Positions 1-12,721 of a stretch of 40,429 nucleotides of DNA are shown piece after piece. The notes beneath the pieces were generated by a model. The model was not told the DNA's origin, made no database searches, and saw only the letters and a list, made by a program, of their open reading frames with translations. The position numbers and the translations under genes are program-made. Origin of the DNA: Coniocarpon cinnabarinum (Eukaryota); contig JAVECO010000079.1 of assembly GCA_051942205.1 (NCBI GenBank), positions 62,001 through 102,429 on the forward strand, written 5' to 3'. The first letter of the stretch is position 1. Every line of letters starts with the position of its first letter.

Positions 1-968
1 TGGGTAGTGATGATGTGCTGGCATGCTTCATTGCAGGGAACGTGTTCACGTGGGAGTGAGTCAACCGGTCGAGTGCAGCGCAGAGATGATTGAACTAACG
101 ATTTAGTGACTGGTTTCGTGTCGAGACCGAGAACGATTCCTTTCAGCCTACCATCGATCTGATGCTTAACGTTTCTATCTTTGCCTGGTATGGCGCGGTC
201 TTGCCGTGGCCCGAGTTTAGAACCAACAGCGTTATACCAATCTACCGTTTGATCCCACTGGGAATAATGGTTCTGCTGTTCCGACGCTTGCCGATCGTTC
301 TACTTCTGCACAAAAAGATCCATCAGATCGAGGAAATCCGACAAGCAATATTTGTGGGCTTCTTTGGTCCGATTGGCGTGAGTGCCATCTTCTACTTGTA
401 CACAAGCAGGGAATACCTGCGAGAGATCGAGGTAAATGGCGAAGTACGGGAGGACGCAGCGCAGATGCTCGAGGTGATGAACGTGGTGGTGTGGTTCATG
501 GCCGTGTGCTCAATCGTGGTACACGGTCTGACCATTCCCTTGGGCAAGCTCGGGTTCTATCTCCCGCGAACTGTCTCACGAGCACTGAGCAGCGAGCAGC
601 CTTCCGACGACGACGACCCGGCTCCTTTCCACGTGCGGGAACACATTGTCTCAGAAGAGCACGAACTGGAGTCTGGGCTGCGGAAGGCTCGGAATCGAAG
701 CCGCGGTCGCAGTCGGGACCGCAAGGTGTCGGCGCCTATGATGCCACTCAAAATCGGAGGCAAGATCATGAAGGACATGAAAGAGACATCACGCGATCGC
801 CGACAAGGCAAAGAGGATAGTGACGGAGGGCTGGAGACGAAGTCAGCAGAACCGAGTTCGAGTAGCGATGCTGAGCAGACAGCAAGCCCGTCGAACAATG
901 AGAAGCCATACGACACGCCGGCTGCCCGACGGGTCATCAAGTTCCCCGATCAGGATGGGACTCAATAG
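1..968 (+). CDS. Na+/H+ antiporter (Nha1/Sod2-like CPA1 family), 3' part; 5' end lies outside the window; intron 56..106
   Basis: Splicing GTGAGT...CTAAC...TTAG (56..106) gives GSDDVLACFIAGNVFTWDDWFRVETENDSFQPTIDLMLN. Downstream family motifs are RRLP, FVGFFGPIGVSAIFY and SIVVHGLTIP, followed by a hydrophilic tail. Stop TAG ends at 968. Confidence 0.9.
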
Positions 969-2527
969 CAGGGTCACGCCACGGTAGCAATGGTATGCTC
1001 GTGTCAGTCACGCGGCGTGTGCCCCTCCTTCCCCTCAGAGACAATGTTGTCAGACACTGAGTCTGCTGTGCCGTGTCTCAGCATTATAGCCGGCGCCTGG
1101 CCATGCAGGTGAGACGTCAGGTACAGCGGAGCACGTGATGCAATCGCGATTCTCCCCCTTCCTTTTGGCGGGGTGCATGGGTCCTAGCGTGCCAAATGAT
1201 GAGGCCCGAGAGGACTGCCGTTCGCTCGAGACGAATGTCAAGGCCGAGTGGCCTTCTCACGGGTTGCCCGTATTCGCGGATAAATTGAAGTGACGATATG
1301 AGTGACTACCTACCTGCGCAGTCAAGTCCACCAGCAATTTAAGTTCCGGAGCCGCCCTGGCCAATGAGGGGCACGCAGGGAGGGGCCATTAAGAAGACCT
1401 AGGGCATAACCACCTACTGCCGTCGGTTGGCGGGGCCAAGTTCTGGAAAAACGGGAGAAATCTCCTGTTTGGGGGTCGGCGGGGAAAAGGCACGATGGGC
1501 GCAATTTGAAGTGGAAAGGCGAGGGTCTCGGCTTGTGGGTGGCAATGCGGCTTTGCGGCTCATGACAGCCTCGTCTCGACACCGCGCACGCACCTCCGAG
1601 GGCCACTCTCCAACTTGGCGTTTCTATCCATATTTCGCAGCGGACGTGACGACAGTATGTATCTGGGCCCAGGAAGGCGCTGAGTCGGTGGAGCCTCCGA
1701 TCCGGCCAGCGCACACGCGGTCTCACGTGCACGGGCAAATCCCAGGCGAAGGCTGGTACATTCGCCGGTCGAGGGATCGCTGGTCCGGGCGCTGTGCCCA
1801 GATCGAGGAGGCTGCCAGCTCCTTTTACTCGGCGGTAACAGGGAACACCCTCGGCTGGTGGGCATGCTGGATGCTGGATGCTGGAGGGGCAGTGGGGTCT
1901 GTGCGGCGACGAGACGGAATGGAAGAGAGAGATGATGTCGTTACGTCGCAGCGAGCCCGTCGTCACAACAGGGCAACGGTCGCAAATAATGGATCGCAGC
2001 GACCTCGCCCCAAGCCCCAAGGCGTAATGACGCGCACCACTCACTGCCTACCTTACCTACCTACCATCACGACCGTACATTGCATTGCATCGCATCGCAT
2101 CGCCTTGGCCAGGGCTCAGGGAGTCAGGGTCTACACTCCCTCGCTCTCGACGCCTCTCACCAGCGAGCTGCCTGACTCTTGACTCCCACGACGCCTTGCG
2201 CTCAACGCCGCCGAGGAGCACCAGTTGCCGCAGACCGTCGCGAGCTTCGCGCGTGGCCGCCGTGTCCCCCAATGCGCCGGCGCTGCATCGCTCCCTCGCG
2301 GCACTTAGACTCGCCTCTGTTTCAGATGAGATGCTGAGCACGTCCTTGAGTCTTGACCCTCTTGCGCCTGTGTGCCTGACCGTGTATGTGCTTCGGTGCG
2401 TCGAGTGGGTGCTCCGCCGCACGCAAAGGTCAAAGGTGCTGCCCGCTGTCGAGCCTGGCGCTTCCGAAGTGACTTCAGCAGTGACTCCAGTGACTGACTG
2501 CAGTGACTCGACCTCGTCTGTCTCCTC

Positions 2528-2559
2528 CCTCCTCCTCCTCCTCCTCCTCCTCCTCCTCC
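2528..2559. repeat. (CCT)10 microsatellite in the pyrimidine-rich region upstream of the Sfp1-type gene
   Basis: Read directly from the sequence. Confidence 0.95.
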
Positions 2560-3215
2560 GTTACTCGCTGCCCAACCAGACTCACACCGCCTTCTCAACT
2601 CCCATCCCATCCATCCCACCTCCTCTCATCCCAGCGCTCACCCTCGTCTCTCCTTTATTATCACTCTCCCTCCTCGTCCCCAACCTCTCCCCGCTGCCCT
2701 ACCCTCTCTCCCTCGGTCGCCTGCTTGCTGCGCCGCTGCCTCTGTCGGCTGCTCGTCCGTCTTTGCCGACTGCCGGCTTCTTCCGCCTGCTCCGATCGAG
2801 CTATACAGCAAATCCAACCCACTGCTTGCTGCACGGCCAGTTCACTCTCTCGCCTCTTGCTTCGACAGTCCCCCCTATACAACCATCGCCCAGACTTGCC
2901 TCCTGAACGCCCACGACCTGGTTGATTCGTTGCCAGAATCTGGACACTTCTCAACGTCTGGCACGCCACCGCTCGGCCGACACCGATCAAGCTCCGTCAA
3001 CATTTACCGCCACTGCCTAACCGCGTCATACTACACCACGCTTGGTCGCTCTTCTTGCCTCCAGGCTTCAGGCCCCATCAGCGCGTGCTTCGAATCCTTG
3101 TATCCGCTCCACGTCTCCGACTCCGTGCTCCGCTTTCAGCTCTCAACATCTTGACCTCGCGCACCTGGTTCGGCGTCATACTTTTGCCTCGCCTGCCGCA
3201 TGACAGCGCTCTTCG

Positions 3216-5119
3216 ATGGCCGCTCCCTCACCACCTATTGACATCAAACCCGCCTCTCGATCAACCTCTGCATCGCCGCAGAACCAACCTTCAAACTTTG
3301 CGTCCGCATTCCAGCAGGCTGGTGTTGACGGCATGGATATCTCCTACCAGGGCCGAGACGCTTTGAACACCAACCGACATGACTCACTGGGCGTTCCAGA
3401 CGGCAGTATGGGCGCGTCACGAACCGCAGCCAGACCGATTGGAGGCGCAGGAGCACGACGTGCGAGCAGCATAGGCAGCTTTGCTGGAGGCATGAGTTTC
3501 GGTGGCATTTCGATGAATAGCTGGATGCAGGATGAGTGCGCGATTTCCCACGGCGATGACAGAATTGACTGGACATTTGCTGACTCTGCTCATAGTATCA
3601 TGATGGCCGGAACATCACCGTTTGCGACAAATCACATGCAATCGCCATCCTTCCATTCGTCCTCGTACCTCCCCAAGAAAGAAGCCGACTTCTGGAGCAA
3701 CCTCAGATGTTGCGATATCGACTTCAAGGACCTTCACGAGCTTCTGCAACATTTCGAAGAGGTACACAGAGACGGCGCCACATCTTTCCCACACCGCCTG
3801 TCAACACCAGGCAAAGGCGGGTTCTATAGACGAAAGAGCTCTGCCTTCAACCAGAGTCGTGCTTTCAATGCAAGTGCGCATGGAGTGCAGCCGCCCACGA
3901 ATCAGCCGTCTCAGGTGCAAGATGGAGTACGCGGCAACTCCGCTGACATGGAGACGATAGGGGAGATGGAGATGGATTTTGAAGACGGTGGCAACCCCTA
4001 CAACAACCAAAACAACAATACCATGGATAACTCGAGGATACGCCCTGGCCCTATTAATCCTCGGCTCGCCAACGCTCAGCAGTTGTCGACGCCTCACAGT
4101 TCCACACCCTCTACGCCAGCCACCGCTCGTCCTAATTCTACAAACCCTATGGTGTCACAAGGCAACACTCCATCCTTTACGACCGCGACCACCGCTCCGA
4201 CGTCTGGTATCAACAGCCCACTCCCTGTCTCCACGTCTGGCCTGAACGACGAAAATGGCATGCTCACATCACTGGATCAAGACTTCAGCAACATGGACTT
4301 TAACAACATCAACCCGTTTAACAACACAGCCAACAATGATTTTCTCGAACTGACGATCAACGATCCAGCGCGCGCATTGTTCAGCGAGAACGGCGGTATC
4401 AACGCGGCTCATGCGCAGCTTTTCGGATTTGTCAACGGAGCAAACACAAATCCAGACAACCACGGTGGCGCAATGCAGCCCACGCCCATGCGCCCGAACA
4501 CCGGTGTCGCACCGCATGAAGCACCGCCAGTCGACCCATACGGTGGCGAAGATCGACCTTTCAAATGCCTGGTAGTGGGATGTGAAAAGGCGTATAAGAA
4601 CGCCAACGGACTGCGCTATCACGAACGAGTAAGTGTCCTCTCCATATTTTGCACGTCTTTGCTGCAATATGCCTGGTGCCCGTCTACATGCTGTGAACCG
4701 AACAACTCCGTCTACGTGCTTAGACCCGCACATGCTTGTTGTGAATGCATACCTGACAAGAATTGTAGCACGGCCACAGCACTCAAACCCTCACCAAGAA
4801 CGCCGACGGCACCCTCTCCATCGTAAATCCTGAAACCGGCGAAGCTTTCCCTGGCACCGTCGGAATGGAAAAGGAAAAGCCCTACCGATGCGAGGCCTGC
4901 GGCAAACGATACAAGAATCTGAACGGTCTCAAATATCACAAAAATCACAGCCCCCCGTGCAATCCTGATCTGGACGTCAGCAAGGTTGGTTTACCGGAAA
5001 TGGGACGGGGTGGAGTCATTGATGGGGACGGCCCTATGGAAGATGGCATAGGTCTGGGCGGTGCGGGTGGCGCCAGCCAAGGAGGGATGGTGGGCGTGGG
5101 TGGCGGCTGGCAATTATGA
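3216..5119 (+). CDS. SFP1: Sfp1-type split C2H2 zinc-finger transcription factor; exons 3216..3535, 3596..4628, 4769..5119
   Basis: Motifs CCDIDFKDLHELLQHFEEVH, RPFKCLVVGCEKAYKNANGLRYH and KPYRCEACGKRYKNLNGLKYHKNH. Introns 3536..3595 (GTGCGC...CTGAC...CATAG) and 4629..4768 (GTAAGT...CTGAC...TGTAG) join these in frame, restoring HERHGHSTQTLTKNADGTLSIVNPETG. Confidence 0.9.
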
Positions 5120-6019
5120 CGCGCCATCTCATGAACTTGACGGCAAGAGAATAGCCACGCAGAGACCGAGACCGACATCATTCTACCACGACGATTTGCC
5201 GCGATATTCAAACCTCTCGCACGCTGAATCCCGCGTCAATCTCAACGAGGACCATCAAGACCTCCCAATTGACGCACACAAACAACTCAATAACACTATT
5301 GAGCCAATCGAATCCAATTCACTTCCAGGTCCGGCACCTTGTATTACCACATCAGTTCACAGAGTTGCTAGTACGGCGTTCGGGCAAGGAGGTCAACTGT
5401 ACAATCATTTCCTTGGACACTCTTATCGTCTTGAACCAACACGTCAGAGACATATATGGATGGATATGAGTGACACGGGACGGGAAATGGGGGCACGGGA
5501 TGGGCTACGGGAGAATAATGGGGCAAGGTTTTTTTTCTCTTTCTGTCTTTCCGATATTTGGGCGATGGCGGTGCGATGCGATGCGCGAGATACCATATAG
5601 ATGTCGCTTTCTCTTTCTCTTTCAAACAATTCTGAGTGCACAAGTCTGGGACTGGTGATACCCAATGGGGTCTTTTAGGAGGTGTGATTGTCTTTCTGGT
5701 CTTGGTGTTTGAGTCTGCTATCCCGCGAATGGCTGGCCTATCCCTGACCCGCTCGCTGAATTCGAATGAAACGTCGTCACGTCTGCTGGTAGGCTCTATA
5801 AAACGTGTCGCTCTGACAGAAACATGGCGTGATTGAGCATCCATCGCTCTCTACGAACTAGCGAAATTGCGAAACCAACGGCTCTTTCAATTGCTTGAGA
5901 AAAGTTGCAGAAGAGCGTGCTTCAACAATCCGCCTCAATGGCCTGAAACGTGCAATTGACTGATTGACTGCGTGATTGCGTGACTGGCCGCATGAATAGT
6001 CGCGTGACCAGTCTAGACG

Positions 6020-6105
6020 GATCTCGACTTTTCACATGACTGGCCCTCAGGGTTCTCAATGATCTCGACTTCACATGATAGACCCTCAGGGTCCTCCATC
6101 GATCT
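6020..6105. repeat. Imperfect ~40-bp tandem duplication (GATCTCGACTT...CACATGA...CCCTCAGGGT)
   Basis: Unit 1 is 6020..6060, unit 2 is 6061..6100, and a third GATCT begins at 6101. Confidence 0.8.
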
Positions 6106-6687
6106 GAGCCTCATCTTGGCATATCTCAGTTTAGGTACACTTGGATTGATCCTGGTCAGATCTTGGAGATCGCCCATGGTTCGTGCAATGATCTTGTCGC
6201 CTTCGGCTTCATTCACCTCTATCGCAAATGAGCCATGCTTGCTCGAAAACAGGGAGAGATTAATGACCGCGTAGAATCCGTGACGGGTAGCTACTGCCCA
6301 ACAGTAGCAGAGAACGTGTCGGTGACAGTAACATTACTTTTCTGACGCTTTTCGCATCAGTGGCAAGACTTCGATAGATGTCGATTTACGCTACTGGCAG
6401 TATCCTTTTTCGCATTCTCGACGAAGCCGGAACGCCTGACGCAACATGCTCATCACCCAGTCATTTAGCTAGTCGCTATCTATGCACGTTTGTTTCTTTG
6501 TCGATGAGACGGGTTGCGACTGCCGCTGACTCGCCTTCCTCTCGCTGCAGCGCCTGGGCATCGGTTCGTGTCCGTGAACGCTACGCTACACATGTCGCAG
6601 ATCGGGTACCGTGTCCCTTGGAGTCTCATACTTGAGCACAGCTGTATTCGTGCATTCGTGCCTTCATACATAGATCAACAAAAACGT

Positions 6688-6707
6688 AAAAAAAAAAAAA
6701 AAAAAAA
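6688..6707. repeat. Poly(A)20 tract
   Basis: Read directly from the sequence. Confidence 0.95.
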
Positions 6708-7464
6708 TCAGGCAAATACAAGATTCTATCGAAAGATTCTAGAAAACGTGGGGAGAATAGACTACGTAGTTAACGCATTCCGTGATTTAGAAAAAGTGAA
6801 TGAGGCTTGCTCTTTAGATTTGATGTATCGCTCTTGGGATGAGCCGGATGCCTGTTTGGAATCGTGACCTCGCCCCATGTAAAAGGAAATGTTCAGTATA
6901 GCAGATCATGTGTATGATCTTGGGGCTCAACTATTACCGACGAGACGAATAATGCAACCAGATATACCAGGACTTCTCGGATCCCATCATCAGTCATTCG
7001 TCTCTTATGTTCACAGTATATCAGACGCTTCTGATTCCATTGAGGTGCAAGTATCTACAAGAACTAGAATCGTGTTTCGTGATCTTCGATCTGTTTGCTG
7101 AAAGTTGCACGAAGCTGTTCAGGAGTGGATGATGATTCTGTGTGGTAGGATCCGCGGTGAGGTAGAGCCATTTCATATCTCATATGAACTCGGTCTCTGC
7201 AGCGAGCACTGCAATTATAAATCAGAGCACCACGCGCCGCCCAGGTAGGTCCACGAAAAGCACGAGGGCTCGTCTCATTGCAGCAATAGCTAGACCGCCT
7301 GATCGAGATCTGTACAGCAAATGACAGTCTGTCCAGGTTGAGAAACCGCAACTAATGGCATCAAGCGCGGAAAACGACGAGAGTGATTCAATAGCCACAC
7401 ATCTATGTCTGCGAATGGACGGCCTTCAACAGGTCGAACCGCTCCACAGCCAAAACGAGACCTC

Positions 7465-9515
7465 CTAGCCCCGTTCATAACGACCGCCCATTCCCAAACT
7501 CCTCACGAAACGTGCTTCGTCCGCCTGTCGCTCCAGCGCCCGACGCATCCTCATCCCGAAAAGCCGTTCAGCGCGTTCTTTTTGCTCCTCTTCATCGCTT
7601 TCGTCCATTCCATCGCCTCCAGTTTGAGTCCTGCTGCCTCGAGTCTTGCGGTTTTGATCTCGAGTCCTACTGTTCTCACGATATCCGAAATGCGCACCTC
7701 GTCCTCGTCCAAATCCCACGATGCCCAATCGTCCGTCAGCGGTCCAGATGAGTAAGTCGTTCTTTTCATCACCAGTGGGGATAACGCGTTGGATCATGTC
7801 TCCGTTTTCGCCCTCAGCGAAGAGGCCTTCGGCTTCTTCGTCGTCGCTGCTGGCAATCATAGGTGAATCAGCGCCAGCTCGATCATGATAGACTGTTCGG
7901 ATTTCCGCGCCGCGTGTTGCTTCCACAGAGCGACGGCGCCAAGGGATATAATCGTTGATGTTGAATTCTCTGACCAGGGTACTGCCGTCTCGCTCCATCC
8001 ATTTGAGACAGCCGTCGCCGTCTGTGAAGACGATGCGGGAGCCGTGCGGTGCGATTGAGAGTAAACGCGTGCGCGATATCGTCTGGCGATTTCGGTATTG
8101 CGACTCAGTCACGTAGCTGACTGATTCGTTATCAGGAGAAGGCGCAAGATTGTACAATTCCAGCGAGCCTTTGCCTTTATATTCGCCGGCTGCCATGAGC
8201 GTTGCGCCCGGTGCGGATTTGACGGTCACGTGGTCATTGATGGAAAGGCCTGGGTTTCTAGTGAGGTCGTAGCTACGTGAAAGAAAGGGATAGGGCAGGG
8301 CCGAGATGGAAGAGAGGCGCGCGCCAGAGAACATGGTTTTGGAGACGCGAGGCCAGAATCGGCGATCATAGCAGAGGAGCGATTTAAAGCGGCCGCCGAC
8401 CCAGATTTCGTTGGATGCGCTCGTTAGAGGATGATGGAGGATTGAGAGGGGACCGGGTTCTGTTAGTGAGGAGAAAAGGGAAGTGTTAGTGCCAGCTATT
8501 TGCTCTGTTGGCTCGGATGGTGTTTGCTGGTGTCTCGCCCGCGGATCTGCAAGCACGTTAGCTGTTTTTATTCAGAATCACTATCAAGTGACGTACCAAA
8601 GAGATTTAGTGTATGCGTCGTGCCCACAGTCATTGGCTGAAGCGGCTCAAACCTTGAGATGCAGGAGATGGGGAATGAGAACTTCGACCGGGAAATTACT
8701 TGCAATGTCTGCAGGTCGACCTCTGCAAGAGTGTCGTGCACAGCAAAATAGCCCCTTCGCTGCTTGCTGTCAATGCTGACATTCTCGATGGCACCAGTAT
8801 CGTTCGTAATGGTTGGTACTGGGCCAGCGTGGTTGTGCTCGGCGGAAAGAAGACCTGGTTGAGAACGAGCCTTGAGACAACCTGAGATTCCCGATTCATC
8901 GGTCGACGATGCCTGCCAGACACAAAGACTATCATTCTCCATTGGAGCAACCACGTGATGCAGAACATTTTCGTCATCCGTAAGACACCCGAGACCGGTA
9001 GCCTCGACAGGGGCTGCATGTCTTCCGGATTTCAATCCCTCATACCAGTCGATAGGGACCGCGTGTCTTCCGGGGTTCGACTCTTCAAACCAGTCGACGG
9101 CGATCGGAGCGTGGCGCTGGCGAAACTCGTCGTAGAAGTCGTGCTTTTCGTTCGAGTGGCTCGGATCCCAACTAATCAGAGCTCTTTTACGTCTAGCTGA
9201 TGGGCTGAAGCGCTCTGAGATGCTGCTTGTCACGTGTACGTTGCTGTCCGCAAAGTCTTCATTCGAACTCGCAACACCCATGATTGCATCTTGCAAGCGC
9301 ACAAGATCTTCAGCTGCTTGAGCGGTTGCGCTCCCGTGACGCCGTCTGCTGTATTCATAGCGCGAGTGCTCGAAACAGATGTTCTTCCATAAGTTGCTGT
9401 CACGAGCTAGGCGCTTGAAGCGTCTTGAAATAAGCTGCACAAGAACGACTTCATCTGGCTCAAGGAATGAAAGGATGCTCGAGATGAGCTCGTCTGGCAA
9501 TGCGGATAAATTCAT
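7465..9515 (-). CDS. F-box protein with a probable WD40-like beta-propeller; exons 9515..8597 and 8546..7465
   Basis: N-terminal F-box LSALPDELISSILSFLEPDEVVLVQLISRRFKRLARDSNLWK. Intron 8596..8547 (GTACGT...CTAAC...GCAG) joins the two ORFs as LNLF-DPR. The C-terminal region is beta-rich. Confidence 0.85.
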
Positions 9516-9843
9516 AATGAACGAGCGATTAAAGCCTGAAGTATATTTCTATGTGTATTAAGGGAAGAATTGATGTATAGGTGATAGGGAATCTTGATGC
9601 CAAAGTTCGGGCATGATGAACGCGCCTTCTTGATTGCATGCAGTACGGGTAGTCCTGGTACGCACCCATGGCTTCAGGACGTCACACCAGCCATGCTGCA
9701 TGGAACGTGCGTAATCCCGATCGTGAAGCAATCCTGAGCGCGTCACATTAAGGGAACGGAAATGCTGGAAGCGTATTGCTTACATTGTAGAGACGGTACC
9801 CATCATGCTGACATAATACATAGCGTATTCCATATAGAGATGT

Positions 9844-9857
9844 AAGTCACGTGACTT
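9844..9857. promoter_or_regulatory. Perfect 14-bp palindrome AAGTCACGTGACTT (bHLH E-box, Cbf1-type core) in the divergent F-box/NGG1 promoter
   Basis: Palindrome seen directly between the ATGs at 9515 (-) and 10060 (+). GTCACGTG is the known Cbf1 core; function here is inferred. Confidence 0.55.
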
Positions 9858-10059
9858 GGCGCCTCCGCGGTCACAAGTACTTCTCAACAAGGCTTTCCTC
9901 ACCACTTCACCTTAGATCCGCGCACAATTCTTCTGGTCGCCTTTCCGTCGGACCTAGACCTACTACAATCGCTGCACGCCGACAGAGATACTGTCCGACG
10001 CCCTGGTACATCGTAGCCGACTTAGGTTACTGCCGCTCTTCAGTGCTGAGAGTCCCAAA

Positions 10060-12259
10060 ATGGCACCGCTTAAGCCCAAGTCCAAAGACGCGCGAAGTCG
10101 TGTGGGAACGCCTTCGCTTGGCGATAACTCAGAGCAACCATCGGGCTCGAGTAATGGCACGGCTGGCCCCTCTGGACAAATGTCTTATGAAGACATTTTG
10201 GACAAACACTGCAAAAGCGCTACCCCTCCACCGTCCGCCGTCTTAAAGAAAATCCACGAAGCGCTTGTCGTCTGCCGTGATGTCGCGAAAGAGCGCTCAG
10301 AAGCATGCGACAAAGGCATGCGTGAGGCGTCAAGGAAACGGAAAGACTTATTCCAGCTCCAACAGCAACAGGAGATTGAGGAGGCCCGCGCGGAGGAGGA
10401 GCGTCAAGCTGAACTGCAGAGGGGCCAGAAGGAGGAAGATGCAAAGTCGCGACCACCCGCGGTAGGCGCTCGAGGTCTGGCACCACAGGATGGTACTGTC
10501 AACTCCGGTAAGTGCTTTCCATGTTCCGCCTTGTGCATGCCCATTAGAAGACTCTTTGGTCGCTACTGCCTGCTCCTTTGCCTAGCCCGAAAATTGAAGG
10601 GCTCTCAGCTGTCTTATGTCGTTGAGTATGATTTGATTTCTGCATTTCATATCTTCAGGCATCGCTCTGTGTAGCAACAACTTACTGTTATTGTATCAAC
10701 TATCTGTTCCTTCCTGCGCAATGCCACCTTCACGATGGTCTTATGTAGATCAACCTGGAGAGCATGACAAGCTCTTCGCGTCTCTCGAGCAACAGAGAGC
10801 AAAGTGGCAGAGCGAGGGCTTTGAGAATGCTTCAAGACCTCGTCGACGGAGAACAGCAATACTGCGATACTCTACCAACTCGACAGACTTAACAACTAAT
10901 CAAGGCTCTGCAGATCCCTCGTCCAATCAGACGACATCGCCTGCGCAAGCTCAGCAGCCAGTCGCATCACCTACGAAGTCGTCAAGCTCAGACGAGCCAC
11001 ATCAGCCGCGACCAGCCCCGACGATTCCAAAATACAACACGTTTGGTGACGATCCTACGACTTTTGATGATCCGACAATCTATCATATTCGTGATATTCA
11101 TGAGGGACTCTCTGAGGAAGAGAAGAAGGAGATTCTGGGCGTCGCCGAGTATCCCCATGATGACTTGCACGACAAGACAGCAGGAACGCCACCGGATCGC
11201 GATTTCAGCAATTCGAAACCCGCAAACCAAGTTTCCTTCCAGCACTTTACAACTTACCTAGAGCCGTATGTCCGTTCCATCACCCAGGAAGATATCGCGT
11301 TTCTAGACGAGCGAGGAGATCGTTCAGCGCCATTTGACATGCCACCACGTGGACAGCACTCATACAAAGAGACATGGGCGGACGAGGACGGTGTAGCGCC
11401 TCCTACATCGACCAAGAATCAAACGCCAGCCCAGCCTTCTGGAGGCATGGAACAGATGAATGATGAAGCCGCTGAGAACGGTTCCGTTACCACAGGGCCC
11501 GTGCTCGCAAGACTGCTGGCCACCATGATACCTGAGCGACGCGCGCCAACGGAACCGAACACTAACGGTGTCAATGGGGATACAGCCAACCATGTGAACG
11601 GTGAAGTTGAGGGAAACGCAGAAGTCAACGGTGACTCTCAAGCTCAGCAACCCCTACCGCCAGCAGCGCAGATGGCAGAAGCCAGCATGCCGGGCTGGAA
11701 GGCGCCTCTCCCGAAGACTGACTATGCGGCTCTTGACGCTCGCGCTCTACAGGAACTTCGATATGCCGGTTTACTTAATGAGGACGAAGAGCCGAACTAT
11801 GACGGTCATTACGACGATGAGGTGGCAGCGCGACTGCGATATCTCCAAGGAGAGCTCCGCCGTGTTAGTATCATCAACGGAGCTCGAAAAGCTCGAGTCA
11901 AAGATTTGGCAGTGGACGCAATGGCGAAACAGGAATTCAATGCCATTGCTGAGGACGTCGACAGTCAGCTGAACCAAGCCTATCTTAAGCGGCATAGGAA
12001 CATTGGGAAAGGCAAAAAGGTGGCTAAACGTCCGAGCGGACCGGCAGCAGGCCAGATTGGTGGAATTGCACTCAGCAGGCCTGGTCTTGGAGAACCCATC
12101 AAGACTTTGATGGACAAGAGAGACAACTGGAGAGATATTCTTGGCCCTCTGGTAGACTACGGCTCTGGAGAGTTGCCACATGGAACCATTTTTGGTGAGG
12201 CCGAGATGAAGGAGTACTATCAGAGGGAGCAGGAGGCCTGGGCAGATCCTGCGGAATAG
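10060..12259 (+). CDS. NGG1: SAGA/ADA histone acetyltransferase subunit Ngg1/Ada3; exon 1 10060..10507, intron 10508..10904 or ..10913
   Basis: Ada3-like segments LGVAEYPHDDLHDKTAGTPPDRDFSNSKPANQV, YLEPYVRSITQEDIAFL and DDEVAARLRYLQGELRRVSIINGARK. Donor GTAAGT at 10508, branch CTAAT at 10896, and both candidate acceptors are in frame. Confidence 0.88.
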
Positions 12260-12721
12260 TCACTACGTAGACCCCGGCGAACTGAGCACAATGCAGCGCA
12301 GTAAATCACAAGAACAGCCAGCCATGTAAACCGAATTCCACGCCTCCATCTTGACAGGCCACGGTCTATAGAATTGATCGTAAGCTGGTTCTAGGTGTTT
12401 GCCACCCTGCCTGCCTGCTAGCGTGTATGACTTTCCTTCGTCTTTTCAACATTTGATAACACCCTCGTTGCTGACGATGCGCTCTTGAAGCAGATACGCA
12501 TCCAGCAATAACCTCTTCTGGCAACCTTGAAGCGTGACCAGCATCGCTTCAGACCTTTGAGATGTCGGACCCCCGATCTTGAAAAGCGGAACCCGAAAAC
12601 TACGACAGCATCCGCCAATGCTCTTTGGCTCCGGATATCATACTTGAAGTCGTAGCTGCGGAATCCCAATTACAGCACGATTCAAGCACTTCTCGAGCTT
12701 TGAAGGCAACTCGGCTCAGGG

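Noticed and set aside
1322..3154. Several 100-270 aa overlapping ORFs upstream of SFP1
   Set aside because: Mostly non-ATG starts, no recognisable motifs, and the poly-L/S/G tracts come from the CCT repeat. Best explained as GC-rich promoter and leader sequence.
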